Shown: positions 27,926 through 39,133, counted from the first letter of the stretch. The stretch: DNA of 64,000 nucleotides from an uncultured Alphaproteobacteria bacterium (GCA_951812775.1 OX638326.1:3823180-3887179); one strand, 5' to 3'. The notes: a model not told the origin generated them from the sequence alone. Numbers and translations are program-made.

Positions 27926-28879
27926 ATGTTCAAACAACTCGGTGTTTCGGCTGCCACGCCCTGCTCCCATCCCGTAATGCGGCAAATTATTGTCGACGCC
28001 TATCCTGATGCAAGGTTGGTGGATGATGAGAGGATTACAGACGAGGATCGTTTGATCGAGTTTCTGTCGGGTTGTGATGCGGCAATTGTCGGGTTTGAGC
28101 CGCTGACAGATAAGGTTCTCTCGGCCCTCCCAGAACTCAAGACCATCGCCAAGTTTGGAGCGGGTTGTGAGACGATAGATTTCGACGCCTTGAAGGCGCA
28201 CGGCATCCGGTTTGGCTACACGTTTGGTGTGAACAAGCTGTCGGTCGCGGAGTTGGCGCTGAGTTTTATGATCAGTGCCTTGCGTTGGATTACGCCGCTC
28301 AACCAGTCTATGCGGGCGAGTGATCGGCCGCGCTACCGCAATGGCGAGCTGTTAACAGGACGCACGGTCGGTATTCATGGCTGCGGCAATATCGGTAAAG
28401 AAGTGGTGCGCCTGCTCAAGCCCTTTAACTGCACGATCTTGTCCTGTGATACGGAATATTACCCAGAATTTTATGCCGAACACGGCGTCACGCCGGTGTC
28501 GTTTGATGAATTGCTGCAAAGATCAGAGGTTCTGACCCTTCATCTACCCAAGACCCAATCGACCCGGGGGCTCTATACGCGGGAGGTGCTTGAACGCATG
28601 CGCCCGGAAGCCGTTCTCGTAAATACCTGCTGCGGTGAAATTGTTGATGAGGATGCGCTTGCGGATCGATTGGAAGATGAGTCGCTACGGGCCGCCTGTT
28701 TTGATGTTTTTGCCGTGGAACCTGCTGAAAATGACAGGTTACTTAATCTACCGAACTTTTTGGCGACACCGCATATCGGTGCCAGCACCGAAGAGACCCG
28801 TGTGGCTATGGCGCAGGCGGCTTTGCGCGGGCTAACGGAAAATGAACTCGTTGAACCGGAAAAATATTACGACAACTAG
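27926..28879 (+). CDS. D-isomer-specific 2-hydroxyacid dehydrogenase (NAD-binding)
   Basis: GRTVGIHGCGNIGKEV Rossmann motif and ...TPHIGASTEE catalytic His region. Confidence 0.75.
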   Translation: MFKQLGVSAATPCSHPVMRQIIVDAYPDARLVDDERITDEDRLIEFLSGCDAAIVGFEPLTDKVLSALPELKTIAKFGAGCETIDFDALKAHGIRFGYTFGVNKLSVAELALSFMISALRWITPLNQSMRASDRPRYRNGELLTGRTVGIHGCGNIGKEVVRLLKPFNCTILSCDTEYYPEFYAEHGVTPVSFDELLQRSEVLTLHLPKTQSTRGLYTREVLERMRPEAVLVNTCCGEIVDEDALADRLEDESLRAACFDVFAVEPAENDRLLNLPNFLATPHIGASTEETRVAMAQAALRGLTENELVEPEKYYDN

Positions 28880-29664
28880 ACGACTGGTGATTTCCCGCCA
28901 TCGACGTTAATCGCTGCGCCTGTAATGTAGCCACCTGCTTCAGAGGCAAGGAACAAGGCTGTGCTGGCAAACTCTTCGGTTTCTCCGATGCGCCCGAGCG
29001 GAATATTCCGGGCGTCGACCATATCCTGCAGGAAGTCCTCATATTCCTGGTTTGGCTGTTGATTGGCGTAAAGCCGTTCCCACTGACCTGACTTGATAAA
29101 CCCGACCAGCAACGCGTTTACCAGCACATTGTCGGGTGCGCCTGTATTGGCGAGGACCTTCGTCAGTGCCAGCCCTGCCGCCCGGGCGACCGCCGTTGGC
29201 GCACCGTTCGCGCCGGGAGCTTTTGAACCAATATTTAGAACATTGATAATGCGTCCCCATTTGCGAGACTGCATGGCGGGTAGCGCGAAACGGGCCAACC
29301 GTATGGCGGCGAAAAGTTTCAGCTCAAAATCGTCATGCCATTCCTGATCCGAAATGCTGAGAAACGGCCCCGCTTTTGACGTACCCGCATTGTTGATCAG
29401 GATATCGACCTTACCCAACGCTGACTCTGCTGTTGCGAAGGCATCCGCTGTAGCAGCGGGGTCCATTAGATCACAGGAAATGGCGACGACCTGACCTTTA
29501 CCAACGCTCTCTATGTCCGCCTTTGCGGCGTCCAGAAGGTCCTGGTTTCTCGCAATGATCGCAACATCGGCGCCAGCTTCTGCGAATTTGAGGGCCATTC
29601 CCTTGCCAAGCCCCTGGCTGCCGCCCGTGATTAGGGCCGATCTCCCGTCTATTCGGATTTCCAT
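28876..29664 (-). CDS. SDR-family oxidoreductase
   Basis: 262 aa; ALITGGSQGLGKGMA (TGxxxGxG) and NNAG motifs. Confidence 0.8.
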   Translation of the reverse strand: MEIRIDGRSALITGGSQGLGKGMALKFAEAGADVAIIARNQDLLDAAKADIESVGKGQVVAISCDLMDPAATADAFATAESALGKVDILINNAGTSKAGPFLSISDQEWHDDFELKLFAAIRLARFALPAMQSRKWGRIINVLNIGSKAPGANGAPTAVARAAGLALTKVLANTGAPDNVLVNALLVGFIKSGQWERLYANQQPNQEYEDFLQDMVDARNIPLGRIGETEEFASTALFLASEAGGYITGAAINVDGGKSPVV

Positions 29665-29696
29665 AGTTACTTTCTCTTATTTTGGAGAAATCTTCC

Positions 29697-30974
29697 TCAT
29701 TCTCGTTCCACGGCCCGCCAACCGATATCACGGCGGCAAAACCCGCCGGGCCAGTCGATCTTATCTATAGCCTTATAAGCGCTTGTCTGTGCTTCGGCCA
29801 CTGTATCGCCAAGCGCTGTTACTGCCAGCACCCTGCCACCTGTTGCACAGATTTTCTCATTCTCACTAAACGCCGTGCCGGCATGGAAAACAGTGATGTC
29901 ACGATCTTCGCCGGCTTTCTCTAATCCTTTAATAACACTCCCTTTTTCATAGCTGCCGGGATAGCCATTGGCGGCCATAACCACAGTGAGGGCTGTCTCA
30001 TAGTACCATCGAAGGTCAAAATCCTTGAGCACCCCGTCTGCAGATGCGATGAGAGCGGTCAGCAAGTCTGACATCAACCGCATCATCAATACCTGACATT
30101 CGGGATCGCCAAACCGAACATTATATTCCAGCAACTTCGGCTGTCCGTCTTCAATCATAAGACCTGCATAAAGGACGCCTTTATATGGCTTCCCTTCGGC
30201 TTTCATCCCGTCCATCGTTGGATTGATGATGGTCTCCATAATGGTCTCGACCATTTCCTCCGTCACGATCGGGGCAGGGGAGTAGGCTCCCATGCCACCC
30301 GTATTGGGTCCGGTATCACCATCGCCGACACGCTTGTGATCCTGGGCGGAAGCCAGGGGCAAAGCCGTTTCACCATCGCAAAGAGCAAAAAAACTTGCCT
30401 CCTCACCACCAAGAAACTCTTCGATGACAATTTCGGCGCCCGCTTCACCGAACGCACCACCCGCCAGCATGTCGTCTACGGCGGCATTCGCCTGGTCGAT
30501 AGTTTCGGCAATTATCACGCCCTTACCGGCGGCTAACCCGTCAGCTTTCACTACGATTGGCGCACCCTGCTTGGCGATAAAAGTCTTTGCCGCTGCAATA
30601 TCGCTAAATCGGCCATAGGCAGCCGTAGGGATTTCATGCCGCGCGCAAAAATCCTTCATAAACCCTTTGGAGCCCTCCATGACCGCAGCGGCGGCACTTG
30701 GTCCAAAGGATTTAATGCCGATGTCCAAAAGTTTGTCTGAAAGACCGGCGACGAGTGGCGCTTCAGGACCGATGACCACAAACTCGATATCATTGTCTTG
30801 GACGAATCGAATAATCCCATCGACGTCTTCGGCGGCAATGGCGACGCATTCAGCATCTTGCGCAATGCCAGCATTTCCTGGTGCGCAATAAAGCTTGGTA
30901 ACCAAGGGGGAGCCTGCAATTGCCCAGCAAAGCGCATGTTCGCGGCCGCCGCCGCCTACCACCAGAACCTTCAC
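29697..30974 (-). CDS. purD: phosphoribosylamine--glycine ligase
   Basis: 425 aa; [16 protein letters not shown]-terminus and ATP-grasp core. Confidence 0.9.
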   Translation of the reverse strand: MKVLVVGGGGREHALCWAIAGSPLVTKLYCAPGNAGIAQDAECVAIAAEDVDGIIRFVQDNDIEFVVIGPEAPLVAGLSDKLLDIGIKSFGPSAAAAVMEGSKGFMKDFCARHEIPTAAYGRFSDIAAAKTFIAKQGAPIVVKADGLAAGKGVIIAETIDQANAAVDDMLAGGAFGEAGAEIVIEEFLGGEEASFFALCDGETALPLASAQDHKRVGDGDTGPNTGGMGAYSPAPIVTEEMVETIMETIINPTMDGMKAEGKPYKGVLYAGLMIEDGQPKLLEYNVRFGDPECQVLMMRLMSDLLTALIASADGVLKDFDLRWYYETALTVVMAANGYPGSYEKGSVIKGLEKAGEDRDITVFHAGTAFSENEKICATGGRVLAVTALGDTVAEAQTSAYKAIDKIDWPGGFCRRDIGWRAVERE

Positions 30975-31056
30975 CCTTAAATCCCCCTATGCTTTTCGTT
31001 TGTCGCATCACGCCGCTGGTATGCGTCTTCCCGTTTAGCATAGAATGTGAGTCGCG

Positions 31057-32625
31057 ATGACCGACAACAGCCCCCTTTTTGACTCTGATGCGCCGACGGC
31101 GACAGCGCTCGAACATAATATCAATGAGTTTTCGGTCGGTGAGATATCCAATGCCGTTAAACGAACGCTGGAAGGTGCTTTTGGACGCGTGCGGGTAAAG
31201 GGGGAGGTCTCGCGCCCGAACTATCACGGTTCAGGACACCTCTATTTCACGTTGAAAGACGAAGACGCTGCGATGGATGGCGTTTGCTGGCACGGTTCCG
31301 TTGGCAAACTTGGGATCACGCTTGAAGAGGGAATGGAGGTCATTTGCACCGGGCGTATCTCGTCCTATCCCCGTAGTTCAAAATACCAAATTGTCGTCGA
31401 GGCCGTTGAGCTCGCAGGTGAGGGGGCTCTCTTAAAGCTGCTGGAAGACCGTCGCAAGAAACTGACCGCAGAAGGCCTGTTCGATCCTGAACGCAAGCAG
31501 GAGTTACCTTTTTTACCTGAAATCATCGGTGTCATTACGTCTCCGACCGGGGCCGTAATTCGAGATATATTGCACCGCCTCTCGGATCGTTTTCCTCGTC
31601 GCGTTCTTTTGTGGCCGGTAATCGTGCAGGGCGATGGTGCCGCCGAGCAAGTTGCGGGGGCGATAAATGGTTTTAACGCTTGTGACCGCGATGGTGTCGT
31701 CCCGCGTCCAGATTTGTTGATAGTTGCGCGTGGTGGCGGCAGCCCTGAGGATCTTTGGGCCTTCAATGAAGAAGTTGTTGTGCGTGCAGTATCTGAGAGT
31801 GATATCCCCTTAATTTCCGCTGTTGGTCACGAAACCGATACCACGCTCATCGATTTCGCAGCCGATATTCGGGCCCCAACACCAACGGCTGCTGCTGAAA
31901 TGGCCGTCCCGGTACGTGCCGATTTGGAAGCGCAGTTGGCAGATAGTCAAGGGCGACTGGTCGCGGGTCTGGAACGCTGTTGGGAAGACCAGCGGCTACA
32001 GTTGGAGGGGTTGGCACGAGGATTACCTCAGCCCGACTATTTGTTAGAGGAAGCCACGCAACGCCTCGATAGCGAAACGGACCGACTGAAACTATTGCTC
32101 GCCAACAAGCTTGAACAGCATCGCGAACGTGTCTCTGGTGTGGGAGCACGTTTGCGACATCCGCGCGATGTTATGACAGCGGCAGAAGAACGATTGATCC
32201 AAACTGCTGAACGATTTGAACTGGCAATTTCATCTAATGTTAACAACAGCAAAATCCGATTTGAGGGTCTCGAAGCTTCGGTACGTTTGTCCAATGCGAT
32301 AGGGCGCATTTTTCGTACAGATGAGGAGCGATTGGTTGGACAGGGACAACTGCTGGAAAGCCTTTCCTATAAAGGGGTCCTTGAGCGTGGTTTCGCACTG
32401 GTAAGAGATGGTGATGGCAAGCCAGTCATGCGGGCGGCAGAGGCTGTCGCTGGCGGCCCGGTGGAAATTGAGTTCGCTGATGGAATTCGCGGCGCCCTGT
32501 TGAATGGCAGCGTTGAAGGAGAACCGAAATCGGCTAAGCCACGCGCAACGGCAAAAAAACCAGCAGCGAAGAAAACTGCGCGGAAACCAGGCGCTTTTGA
32601 TGATGGTCAGGGGTCGCTCCTGTGA
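31057..32625 (+). CDS. xseA: exodeoxyribonuclease VII large subunit, with Lys/Ala-rich C-terminal tail
   Basis: 522 aa; OB-fold N-terminus and catalytic core; tail KSAKPRATAKKPAAKKTARKPGA. Confidence 0.85.
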   Translation: MTDNSPLFDSDAPTATALEHNINEFSVGEISNAVKRTLEGAFGRVRVKGEVSRPNYHGSGHLYFTLKDEDAAMDGVCWHGSVGKLGITLEEGMEVICTGRISSYPRSSKYQIVVEAVELAGEGALLKLLEDRRKKLTAEGLFDPERKQELPFLPEIIGVITSPTGAVIRDILHRLSDRFPRRVLLWPVIVQGDGAAEQVAGAINGFNACDRDGVVPRPDLLIVARGGGSPEDLWAFNEEVVVRAVSESDIPLISAVGHETDTTLIDFAADIRAPTPTAAAEMAVPVRADLEAQLADSQGRLVAGLERCWEDQRLQLEGLARGLPQPDYLLEEATQRLDSETDRLKLLLANKLEQHRERVSGVGARLRHPRDVMTAAEERLIQTAERFELAISSNVNNSKIRFEGLEASVRLSNAIGRIFRTDEERLVGQGQLLESLSYKGVLERGFALVRDGDGKPVMRAAEAVAGGPVEIEFADGIRGALLNGSVEGEPKSAKPRATAKKPAAKKTARKPGAFDDGQGSLL

Positions 32626-33446
32626 TGCGGACGCTTTTAGTTGCAGTTTTTTTGCTGGCTGCCGGGCAGGTCGCTGCTTTGGAGTTAAAGGGTTCGGTTA
32701 CACAAGGCGCTCTCGTAATCGGAAAGGTGGCGTCTGGCAGCACCGTGTCTCTGGATGGCATTCCCTTGGAGACATTGCCCGATGGCAGTTTCGTTTTTGG
32801 TCTTCCGCGCAACGCCAAGTCGACGGCCCTTATCACGGTTCGACAACAAGACGGTCATATAAAACAAAAGACTCTAAAGATAAGAAATCGTTCCTACAGG
32901 ATTCAGCGCATTGATGGCTTGCCTAAGCGCAAGGTCACCCCCAAAAAACGGGACTACAAACGCATTGCAAGGGAACGGAAGCTGCTTGTGACAGCTCGCC
33001 GTCGTATGACGATGGCAGGAGATTTTCAGGATGGGTTCGTCTGGCCAGCGGCAGGTCGTATCTCTGGTGTTTATGGTAGTCAACGTATTCTCAACGGTAA
33101 GCCCCGGGCTCCGCATCTCGGCGTTGATATTGCCGCCCCGACAGGGAGCCCTGTCATTGCGGCGTCCGCCGGCATTGTTTCCCTCACTCATGAAGGGATG
33201 TTTTTTACGGGCAAAACAATTCAGATCGACCACGGCCTTGGTGTGGGGACAATTTATATCCATCTCAGCAAGGTTCTTGTCAAAGAGGGGCAGCGCGTTC
33301 GCAAAGGTCAGCTCATAGGTCGGATCGGAAAAACCGGTCGCGCGACGGGACCGCATTTGCATTGGGGGCTGACCTGGAAGACGATGCGCCTTGATCCATC
33401 TTTGCTCGTCGGGCCCATGCCAAAGCGCGACGTAAAACGAAATTAG
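32622..33446 (+). CDS. M23-family peptidoglycan metalloendopeptidase
   Basis: signal peptide; HLGVDIAAPTGSPV...IDHG...GPHLHWG M23 zinc motifs. Confidence 0.8.
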   Translation: MMRTLLVAVFLLAAGQVAALELKGSVTQGALVIGKVASGSTVSLDGIPLETLPDGSFVFGLPRNAKSTALITVRQQDGHIKQKTLKIRNRSYRIQRIDGLPKRKVTPKKRDYKRIARERKLLVTARRRMTMAGDFQDGFVWPAAGRISGVYGSQRILNGKPRAPHLGVDIAAPTGSPVIAASAGIVSLTHEGMFFTGKTIQIDHGLGVGTIYIHLSKVLVKEGQRVRKGQLIGRIGKTGRATGPHLHWGLTWKTMRLDPSLLVGPMPKRDVKRN

Positions 33447-33447
33447 G

Positions 33448-34335
33448 TTAGTCTTCAGGCCAGCGCCGGTGCAACCAACCCAGCCATTGATCAGGCGTTT
33501 CGGTTGCCCATTCCTCGAATAACGCGTTGATATCCCGCATCATGCTGGGCACATCGCCATCAGCGGGCTTCGTCAATTCAGGCACCAACCGTACCTGAAA
33601 TTGACAACCGGTTGTGCGTATTATGCGCACCGGAATAGCGGGGCAATCATAGCGGATAGAAAGCTCAGCGACTGCCGGGGCCGTCATAGCGTTACGGCCA
33701 AAAAACTCAACGGCAATGCCATCATTCATTTTTTGATCAACAAGCATGCCCAGGCGACGCCCTGCACGAAGAGCGGAAATCGCCCCTCGGGCACCGCGAG
33801 GGCCTTTCGGGATAATATCGTCGTCTTCGAGTTTTCTGATTTTTCTTAGCATCGCGTCGACGAAGTGATTGTTAGTGGCGCGATACACCTGGACATAAGG
33901 AACACCAGATTTTTGGGCGGTCAGGGCGAAGAGTTCCCAATTGGCAAAGTGGCCGGAGAAAAAGATGCAAGGTTTTCCCTCGGGCTTAACATCAGCAATA
34001 TTCTCTTCGTTGAGGACCTCGACCCGATCGGCGATAATTTTTTCGAGATGCGGGAGTTCGGCCAGGACGCGTCCAAGGTTGTCCCACAAACCGCTGATGA
34101 TGTGCTGTATTTTTTCGTCGTCATAGTCTGGAAAGGCGCGTTTAAGGCTGTCCATGGCGCGCTTGTGGTACCCAAGTCTTGGTCCCAATGTTCGACCAAT
34201 CCAGCCGCCAAATCCAGATGCGGCGTCTAAAGGAAGCAGCGAAAAGAACCCGTATACAATTGCAACACCCAGGGCTTCCAAAGGGTAGCCAACGGCACGG
34301 TAAATACGTCTTTGCGCAGGACTCCGCTTAGCCAT
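33448..34335 (-). CDS. lipid A biosynthesis late acyltransferase (LpxL/HtrB family)
   Basis: 295 aa; N-terminal TM and the lysophospholipid-acyltransferase fold; lies next to lpxK-waaA-msbA. Confidence 0.65.
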   Translation of the reverse strand: MAKRSPAQRRIYRAVGYPLEALGVAIVYGFFSLLPLDAASGFGGWIGRTLGPRLGYHKRAMDSLKRAFPDYDDEKIQHIISGLWDNLGRVLAELPHLEKIIADRVEVLNEENIADVKPEGKPCIFFSGHFANWELFALTAQKSGVPYVQVYRATNNHFVDAMLRKIRKLEDDDIIPKGPRGARGAISALRAGRRLGMLVDQKMNDGIAVEFFGRNAMTAPAVAELSIRYDCPAIPVRIIRTTGCQFQVRLVPELTKPADGDVPSMMRDINALFEEWATETPDQWLGWLHRRWPED

Positions 34336-35377
34336 TCAACGAAACCCTATCGAGAAGGCGCTCATGCGCATTCTCTTCCTCCCATTCAAGAGCGATGCGA
34401 ATGGTTTTAATCAGGGGCTGGGCTTCTTCCGGCAGACGCACGTAATCCTTCTCCGTTGTAACCGGGACTGCGCCCAGTTGCGTTGCATGGTCACATATCT
34501 TGATTAGTTCGTCCGGGTCAAATTTATGGTGATCAGGAAAATCCTGCGTACCGATAATATCGCAGCCTAATTCCTGAAGGGTTTCATAGAATTTCGGAGG
34601 TCGTGCGATACCAGCGAACGCAAAAACTTTTCTTCCAGGGACTTCAGGGTTGGGAATTGCAACAACCCGCGCTCGAAACAGCGGACAGCTCTTTTCAATT
34701 GTTTGCGCAACCCCGTATCTATCTTCTCCGATAATGACGGCGGCATCACAGCGCATCAGGCCGGAAGAGATGGTTTCCCTTAGCGGTCCCGCAGGAATAA
34801 CGTGCCCGTTGCCAAAACCGTATCCGCCGTCGATTGTCAGGATAGAGAGATTTTTTGCCAAGTCGTTATTCTGGTAGCCGTCATCCATAACGATAATTGT
34901 GGCGCCATTCTCAATAGCCTTTTTCGCACCAGCGATACGATTCTGCGACACCCAGGTTGGCGCTGCTTCGGCGAGAAGCAGTGGTTCGTCTCCAGTCTCC
35001 AAGGCGCTGTGTCCTTTGGGGTCGACCAGAGCCGGGCCAGAGGTTGTTCCGCCATATCCACGGCTCAGAAGATGTGGTTTGTGCCCGATGCCACTTAAAG
35101 CACGCGTTAAATCAATAGCAAGCGGTGTTTTGCCTGCACCTCCAGCGGTGAGATTGCCAACACATAGAACAGGAATTGGGGCGATCCATGGCTTTCCTGA
35201 AAAGTTATTTCGTATGCATGATCCCGCGCGCCAAACCAGGGAAAGCGGTGATAAAATGCTCCCTGTCACACCGGGCCGATGCCAGAATTCGGGCGGACGC
35301 ATCTTATTTAGTGGCCAAGTCATCGGGGCGAGATGTCTCGAGAGTTGTAAGAAAAGGGTCAAGCTGGACGAGGACAT
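34328..35377 (-). CDS. lpxK: tetraacyldisaccharide 4'-kinase
   Basis: GNLTAGGAGKTPLAIDL P-loop typical of LpxK. Confidence 0.85.
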   Translation of the reverse strand: MSSSSLTLFLQLSRHLAPMTWPLNKMRPPEFWHRPGVTGSILSPLSLVWRAGSCIRNNFSGKPWIAPIPVLCVGNLTAGGAGKTPLAIDLTRALSGIGHKPHLLSRGYGGTTSGPALVDPKGHSALETGDEPLLLAEAAPTWVSQNRIAGAKKAIENGATIIVMDDGYQNNDLAKNLSILTIDGGYGFGNGHVIPAGPLRETISSGLMRCDAAVIIGEDRYGVAQTIEKSCPLFRARVVAIPNPEVPGRKVFAFAGIARPPKFYETLQELGCDIIGTQDFPDHHKFDPDELIKICDHATQLGAVPVTTEKDYVRLPEEAQPLIKTIRIALEWEEENAHERLLDRVSLNG

Positions 35378-36602
35378 TGTCCAGAATCCCCGCCTTGGCC
35401 TGTGCTACATTGTATGCCGCTGTAATCTGTTCCTTCCGGCGGTCATCGTCGGAGAACAGGATCGAAACCGCGTCTGCCAGCTCAGCGTCGTTTTGTATGA
35501 TTGTTGACCCACCTGCCGCTGAAATTTCGTTGGTGATCGCTGTAAAATTAGTCGTCGAAGGGCCGTGGATAATTGCGCATTCAAGCTTGGCGGCTTCCAG
35601 CATATTTTGGCCGCCATGAGGGATAAGTGTGCCGCCAATGAAGGCGATTGTTGCCAGTCTGTAAAACAAGCCAAGTTCACCAACAGTATCAGCTATATAA
35701 AGATCACTTTTGGCATGTAATGGAGTCTGTTCGCTCCGTCTCGCGATCGTAAACCCTTGATCTGCAAGTTGTGCTGCGATTTCTGATCCTCGCGCGGGGT
35801 GTCGCGGAATTATAATTGTTAAAACATCAGGATGTTTATCCGCTATGGCGCGATGCGCATTTGCAACGGCAACTTCTTCTCCCGCATGGGTGCTTGCTGC
35901 AATCCAAACTGGCCTGGTGCTAATTTCATTCCATAATTTTGAGAGCGCCGCATCGTCTACGGGGAGCGGCTCTGCCGCAAATTTTAGGTTGCCGGGGACA
36001 TGAACATTTTTTGCTCCCAACGTTGCGAGCTTTTCCGCGTCTTGTTCACTTTGGGCGAGACAAAGTGAAAAACAGCGGAGTAAGCGCGCGATGGTACGTG
36101 GAACACGCTGCCAGCCTCGAAACGAATCCGGCGAAACGCGCGCATTTATTAAAATCAATGGGATGGATCGGGCTTTGATAGAAGTTAATAGATTAGGCCA
36201 GAATTCAGACTCGACCCATAGGACGATATCTGGCCGCCAATGATCAAGAAATCGCTTAATCCAGATTGGTTGATCAACGGGTATGAACTGGTGAATGACA
36301 TCTTGTGGTAACCGTTCCGCCATGATTGTCGCGGATGTCACCGTTCCTGTCGTGAGCAGGATGATGTGGTCTGGATAGTCTGTATCCAGCCTTTTTATAA
36401 GCGAAAGAACGGAGATAGCTTCGCCAACGCTCGCCGCATGTATCCAGATGACAGCACCAACAGGGCGTTTTTTGCTCGGGTTGCCGAACCGCTCATCAAT
36501 TCGCTCTGGATCTTCCTTACCACGTTGTTTTCGCCGTCCCAGAAAGTTACGAAGAATAGGGGCGGCTGCGTAAGACAGTCCTCGATAAACCGGCAGAATC
36601 AT
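35304..36602 (-). CDS. waaA: 3-deoxy-D-manno-octulosonic acid (Kdo) transferase
   Basis: 432 aa; AVIWIHAASVGEAISVLSLIKRL N-terminal motif of KdtA/WaaA. Confidence 0.85.
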   Translation of the reverse strand: MILPVYRGLSYAAAPILRNFLGRRKQRGKEDPERIDERFGNPSKKRPVGAVIWIHAASVGEAISVLSLIKRLDTDYPDHIILLTTGTVTSATIMAERLPQDVIHQFIPVDQPIWIKRFLDHWRPDIVLWVESEFWPNLLTSIKARSIPLILINARVSPDSFRGWQRVPRTIARLLRCFSLCLAQSEQDAEKLATLGAKNVHVPGNLKFAAEPLPVDDAALSKLWNEISTRPVWIAASTHAGEEVAVANAHRAIADKHPDVLTIIIPRHPARGSEIAAQLADQGFTIARRSEQTPLHAKSDLYIADTVGELGLFYRLATIAFIGGTLIPHGGQNMLEAAKLECAIIHGPSTTNFTAITNEISAAGGSTIIQNDAELADAVSILFSDDDRRKEQITAAYNVAQAKAGILDNVLVQLDPFLTTLETSRPDDLATK

Positions 36603-37315
36603 GACGATGACCCTGCTGTTCTTGGCGCAGGCTCAATCGGAGAAATTCCTAACTCTGAATCCAGTTGCCGGGTGATCTGGTTTAGTTCGTTTTCGAGCGC
36701 TGTCGTAACGGATTTTATTTCCTGCGCATCGGCGTCGGTGCGAATTTCAATTGGTTTGCCCCATTTCATCACGCCTTTGCAAAAGGGAAGCGGGATAAGG
36801 AACCTGTCCCAGCTTGAGAGGGTTTTGTTGCCCTTCGCCGTATAGCTTAATGGCAATATAGGAACGCCCGCGTGCCGTGCGGCGAACACGACCCCTTCGG
36901 CCGCTTGCATTCTCGGTCCACGCGGACCATCCGGTGTGACGCCGACATACTCTCCTGCTTTAAGAGCTCGCAACATGGATCGTGCCGCACCAACGCCGCC
37001 TCGTGACGAGGACCCACCGATTGAATCAAAACCTAGAATACCAATGGTACGGGTGATCAGCTCTCCATCGGGGTGGTGCGATATTACCATCTTAAAAGGG
37101 GGCGCATAGGGCCATGCCAGGGACATCATCAAAAGGCGGCCGTGCCAGAACGCAACAAGAAAGGGTTTGTTTTCGCTGATTAGCTTCTCCGGGATTTCCG
37201 AACCCTCAATTCGCCAGCAGCCCGTGGCTTTGACAAGACGAATATAGTTCGCCGCCAGCCAACACGCGGTAGCCCGTGGACCAGGGCGCCGCATCATATT
37301 TTTGAACAGCGCCAT
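36599..37315 (-). CDS. DUF374-family lysophospholipid acyltransferase-like protein
   Basis: 238 aa; FWHGRLLMMS...; a conserved member of the alphaproteobacterial msbA-kdtA-lpxK cluster. Confidence 0.6.
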   Translation of the reverse strand: MALFKNMMRRPGPRATACWLAANYIRLVKATGCWRIEGSEIPEKLISENKPFLVAFWHGRLLMMSLAWPYAPPFKMVISHHPDGELITRTIGILGFDSIGGSSSRGGVGAARSMLRALKAGEYVGVTPDGPRGPRMQAAEGVVFAARHAGVPILPLSYTAKGNKTLSSWDRFLIPLPFCKGVMKWGKPIEIRTDADAQEIKSVTTALENELNQITRQLDSELGISPIEPAPRTAGSSS

Positions 37316-37318
37316 TAT

Positions 37319-39133
37319 CTAGGCAGAAACCTCTGCCGCGACGGAGCCTTCGGCCTGGTCGGCAAACTGCACAGCATAGAGTCGAGCATAGGCGCCTTCC
37401 TTTGCGAGAAGCTCTGCGTGGGTTCCCTGCTCAATGATCTGCCCGGCATCCATGACATAAATTTTGTCGGCCGCCATAACCGTTGAAAGGCGATGGGCGA
37501 TGACAATAGTCGTACGGCCTTTGGTCAATTTTTCGAGTGCCGACTGAACCAGCCGTTCGGTTTCAGTATCCAACGCCGATGTCGCTTCATCCAGCAACAG
37601 GATCGGAGCGTTTTTCAACATTGCTCTGGCAATGGCAATTCGCTGTCGCTGCCCGCCGGAAAGTTTTAAGCCGCGCCCTCCAACATGGGTTTCATAGCCC
37701 GACGTCAAGCCGGATATGAAGTCATGTGCCTCGGCGGCTTGAGCAACTGCGATGATTTCGTCATCTGTAGCTTCCAGCTTGCCATAGGCGATATTGCTGC
37801 GGACGGTATCGTCAAACAGTGTTATGTCCTGCGAAACTAATGCAATATTGGCTCTCAGTGAGGCCACAGTAACGTCACCTAAATTCTCACCGTCAACCAG
37901 GACCGCGCCCTCATCACTGTCGTAGAATCTTGGGATAAGGTTCAAGACAGTCGATTTGCCTGCGCCGGACGGACCAACGAGGGCAACGGTGCTGCCAGCA
38001 GGAATATCAAGATCAATACCCGACAGGGCGGCACGGCCTTTCTCATACCCGAACCGGACATTCTTAAATTCGACATCCCCTCGAACCGTTCCGAGCTGTT
38101 TGGCGTCAGGCCTGTCCTGAATTGTTGGCTCGGCATTGATCAGTGTGAAGATGCGTTGTGCCGCCGCAAGACCCTCCTGGAGGTTGGCATTGAGATTGGC
38201 AAGGTTTTTCATCGCCGGGTAGGCCATCAGCAGGGCGGAAATAAAGGATGCAAAGGTGCCGGGCGTCGTTGCGCCGGTAACAACTTGGCTTCCACCGTAG
38301 AAAATAATGACCGCAATTGCGACGCCACCGAGAGATTCCATAATGGGGTGGGTGGCTGACCTGACTCGCGCTGCTTTCTGCACCAGCTGGAAGATGGTCT
38401 CGATGATGCGGCCCGCCCGGTCAATTTCGTAATTTTCCATACCGTAAGCACGAACATGGCGGGCACCCCGGAATGTCTCATCAAGGATGGTTGTCAATTC
38501 ACCCATCTGAACCTGGGTATTGTCCGATACCTTCCGCATGCGCTGGCCGATCCTGACAATCGGATAGACCGCGGTGGGAAAGACGACAAAAGCGATCAAC
38601 GCCAGTGCCCAGTCATGATAGAACAGCAAGCCGATCAGAAAGATCAGAGTCAGAGTGTCCTTGGCGATGCCAACGAGCACATTTGAGACTGCCGCTCGCA
38701 ACATATTGGCGTCGTTATTAAATCGTGAAATCAATTTGCCAGTGGCAGTCTTCTGGAAGTAGGCGATGTCGGCCCACATAAGGTGCGAAAACATCCCGCC
38801 CTGGATCGTTGCGACGATCCGCTGACCAATGTAACTCATCAGAACCGCCTGGCCGTATGTCGCTGCCCCCTTGATCACCGCAATACAGAGGATGGCGATC
38901 GGGATGAGGATCAACATCGTTTCATCCTTGAGGATAAAAACATCGTCAAAGACCGGTTTCATCAAATAGGCGTTTGCGGCTGTGGTTGCTGCGACAACGG
39001 CCATACACAATACAGCCAGACTCAATCGACCGCGATGCGGGCGTATGTATTCACGCACAAGCCGCGAGACGAGTGATTGCGTGGTGGCTGGGTTGTGTTG
39101 TGTTGCCACGATCTGGGTATCAGAACTGTTCAT
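37319..39133 (-). CDS. msbA: lipid A export ABC transporter ATP-binding/permease
   Basis: 604 aa; six-TM exporter domain + Walker A GPSGAGKST, signature LSGGQRQR, Walker B ILLLDEATSALD. Confidence 0.85.
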   Translation of the reverse strand: MNSSDTQIVATQHNPATTQSLVSRLVREYIRPHRGRLSLAVLCMAVVAATTAANAYLMKPVFDDVFILKDETMLILIPIAILCIAVIKGAATYGQAVLMSYIGQRIVATIQGGMFSHLMWADIAYFQKTATGKLISRFNNDANMLRAAVSNVLVGIAKDTLTLIFLIGLLFYHDWALALIAFVVFPTAVYPIVRIGQRMRKVSDNTQVQMGELTTILDETFRGARHVRAYGMENYEIDRAGRIIETIFQLVQKAARVRSATHPIMESLGGVAIAVIIFYGGSQVVTGATTPGTFASFISALLMAYPAMKNLANLNANLQEGLAAAQRIFTLINAEPTIQDRPDAKQLGTVRGDVEFKNVRFGYEKGRAALSGIDLDIPAGSTVALVGPSGAGKSTVLNLIPRFYDSDEGAVLVDGENLGDVTVASLRANIALVSQDITLFDDTVRSNIAYGKLEATDDEIIAVAQAAEAHDFISGLTSGYETHVGGRGLKLSGGQRQRIAIARAMLKNAPILLLDEATSALDTETERLVQSALEKLTKGRTTIVIAHRLSTVMAADKIYVMDAGQIIEQGTHAELLAKEGAYARLYAVQFADQAEGSVAAEVSA

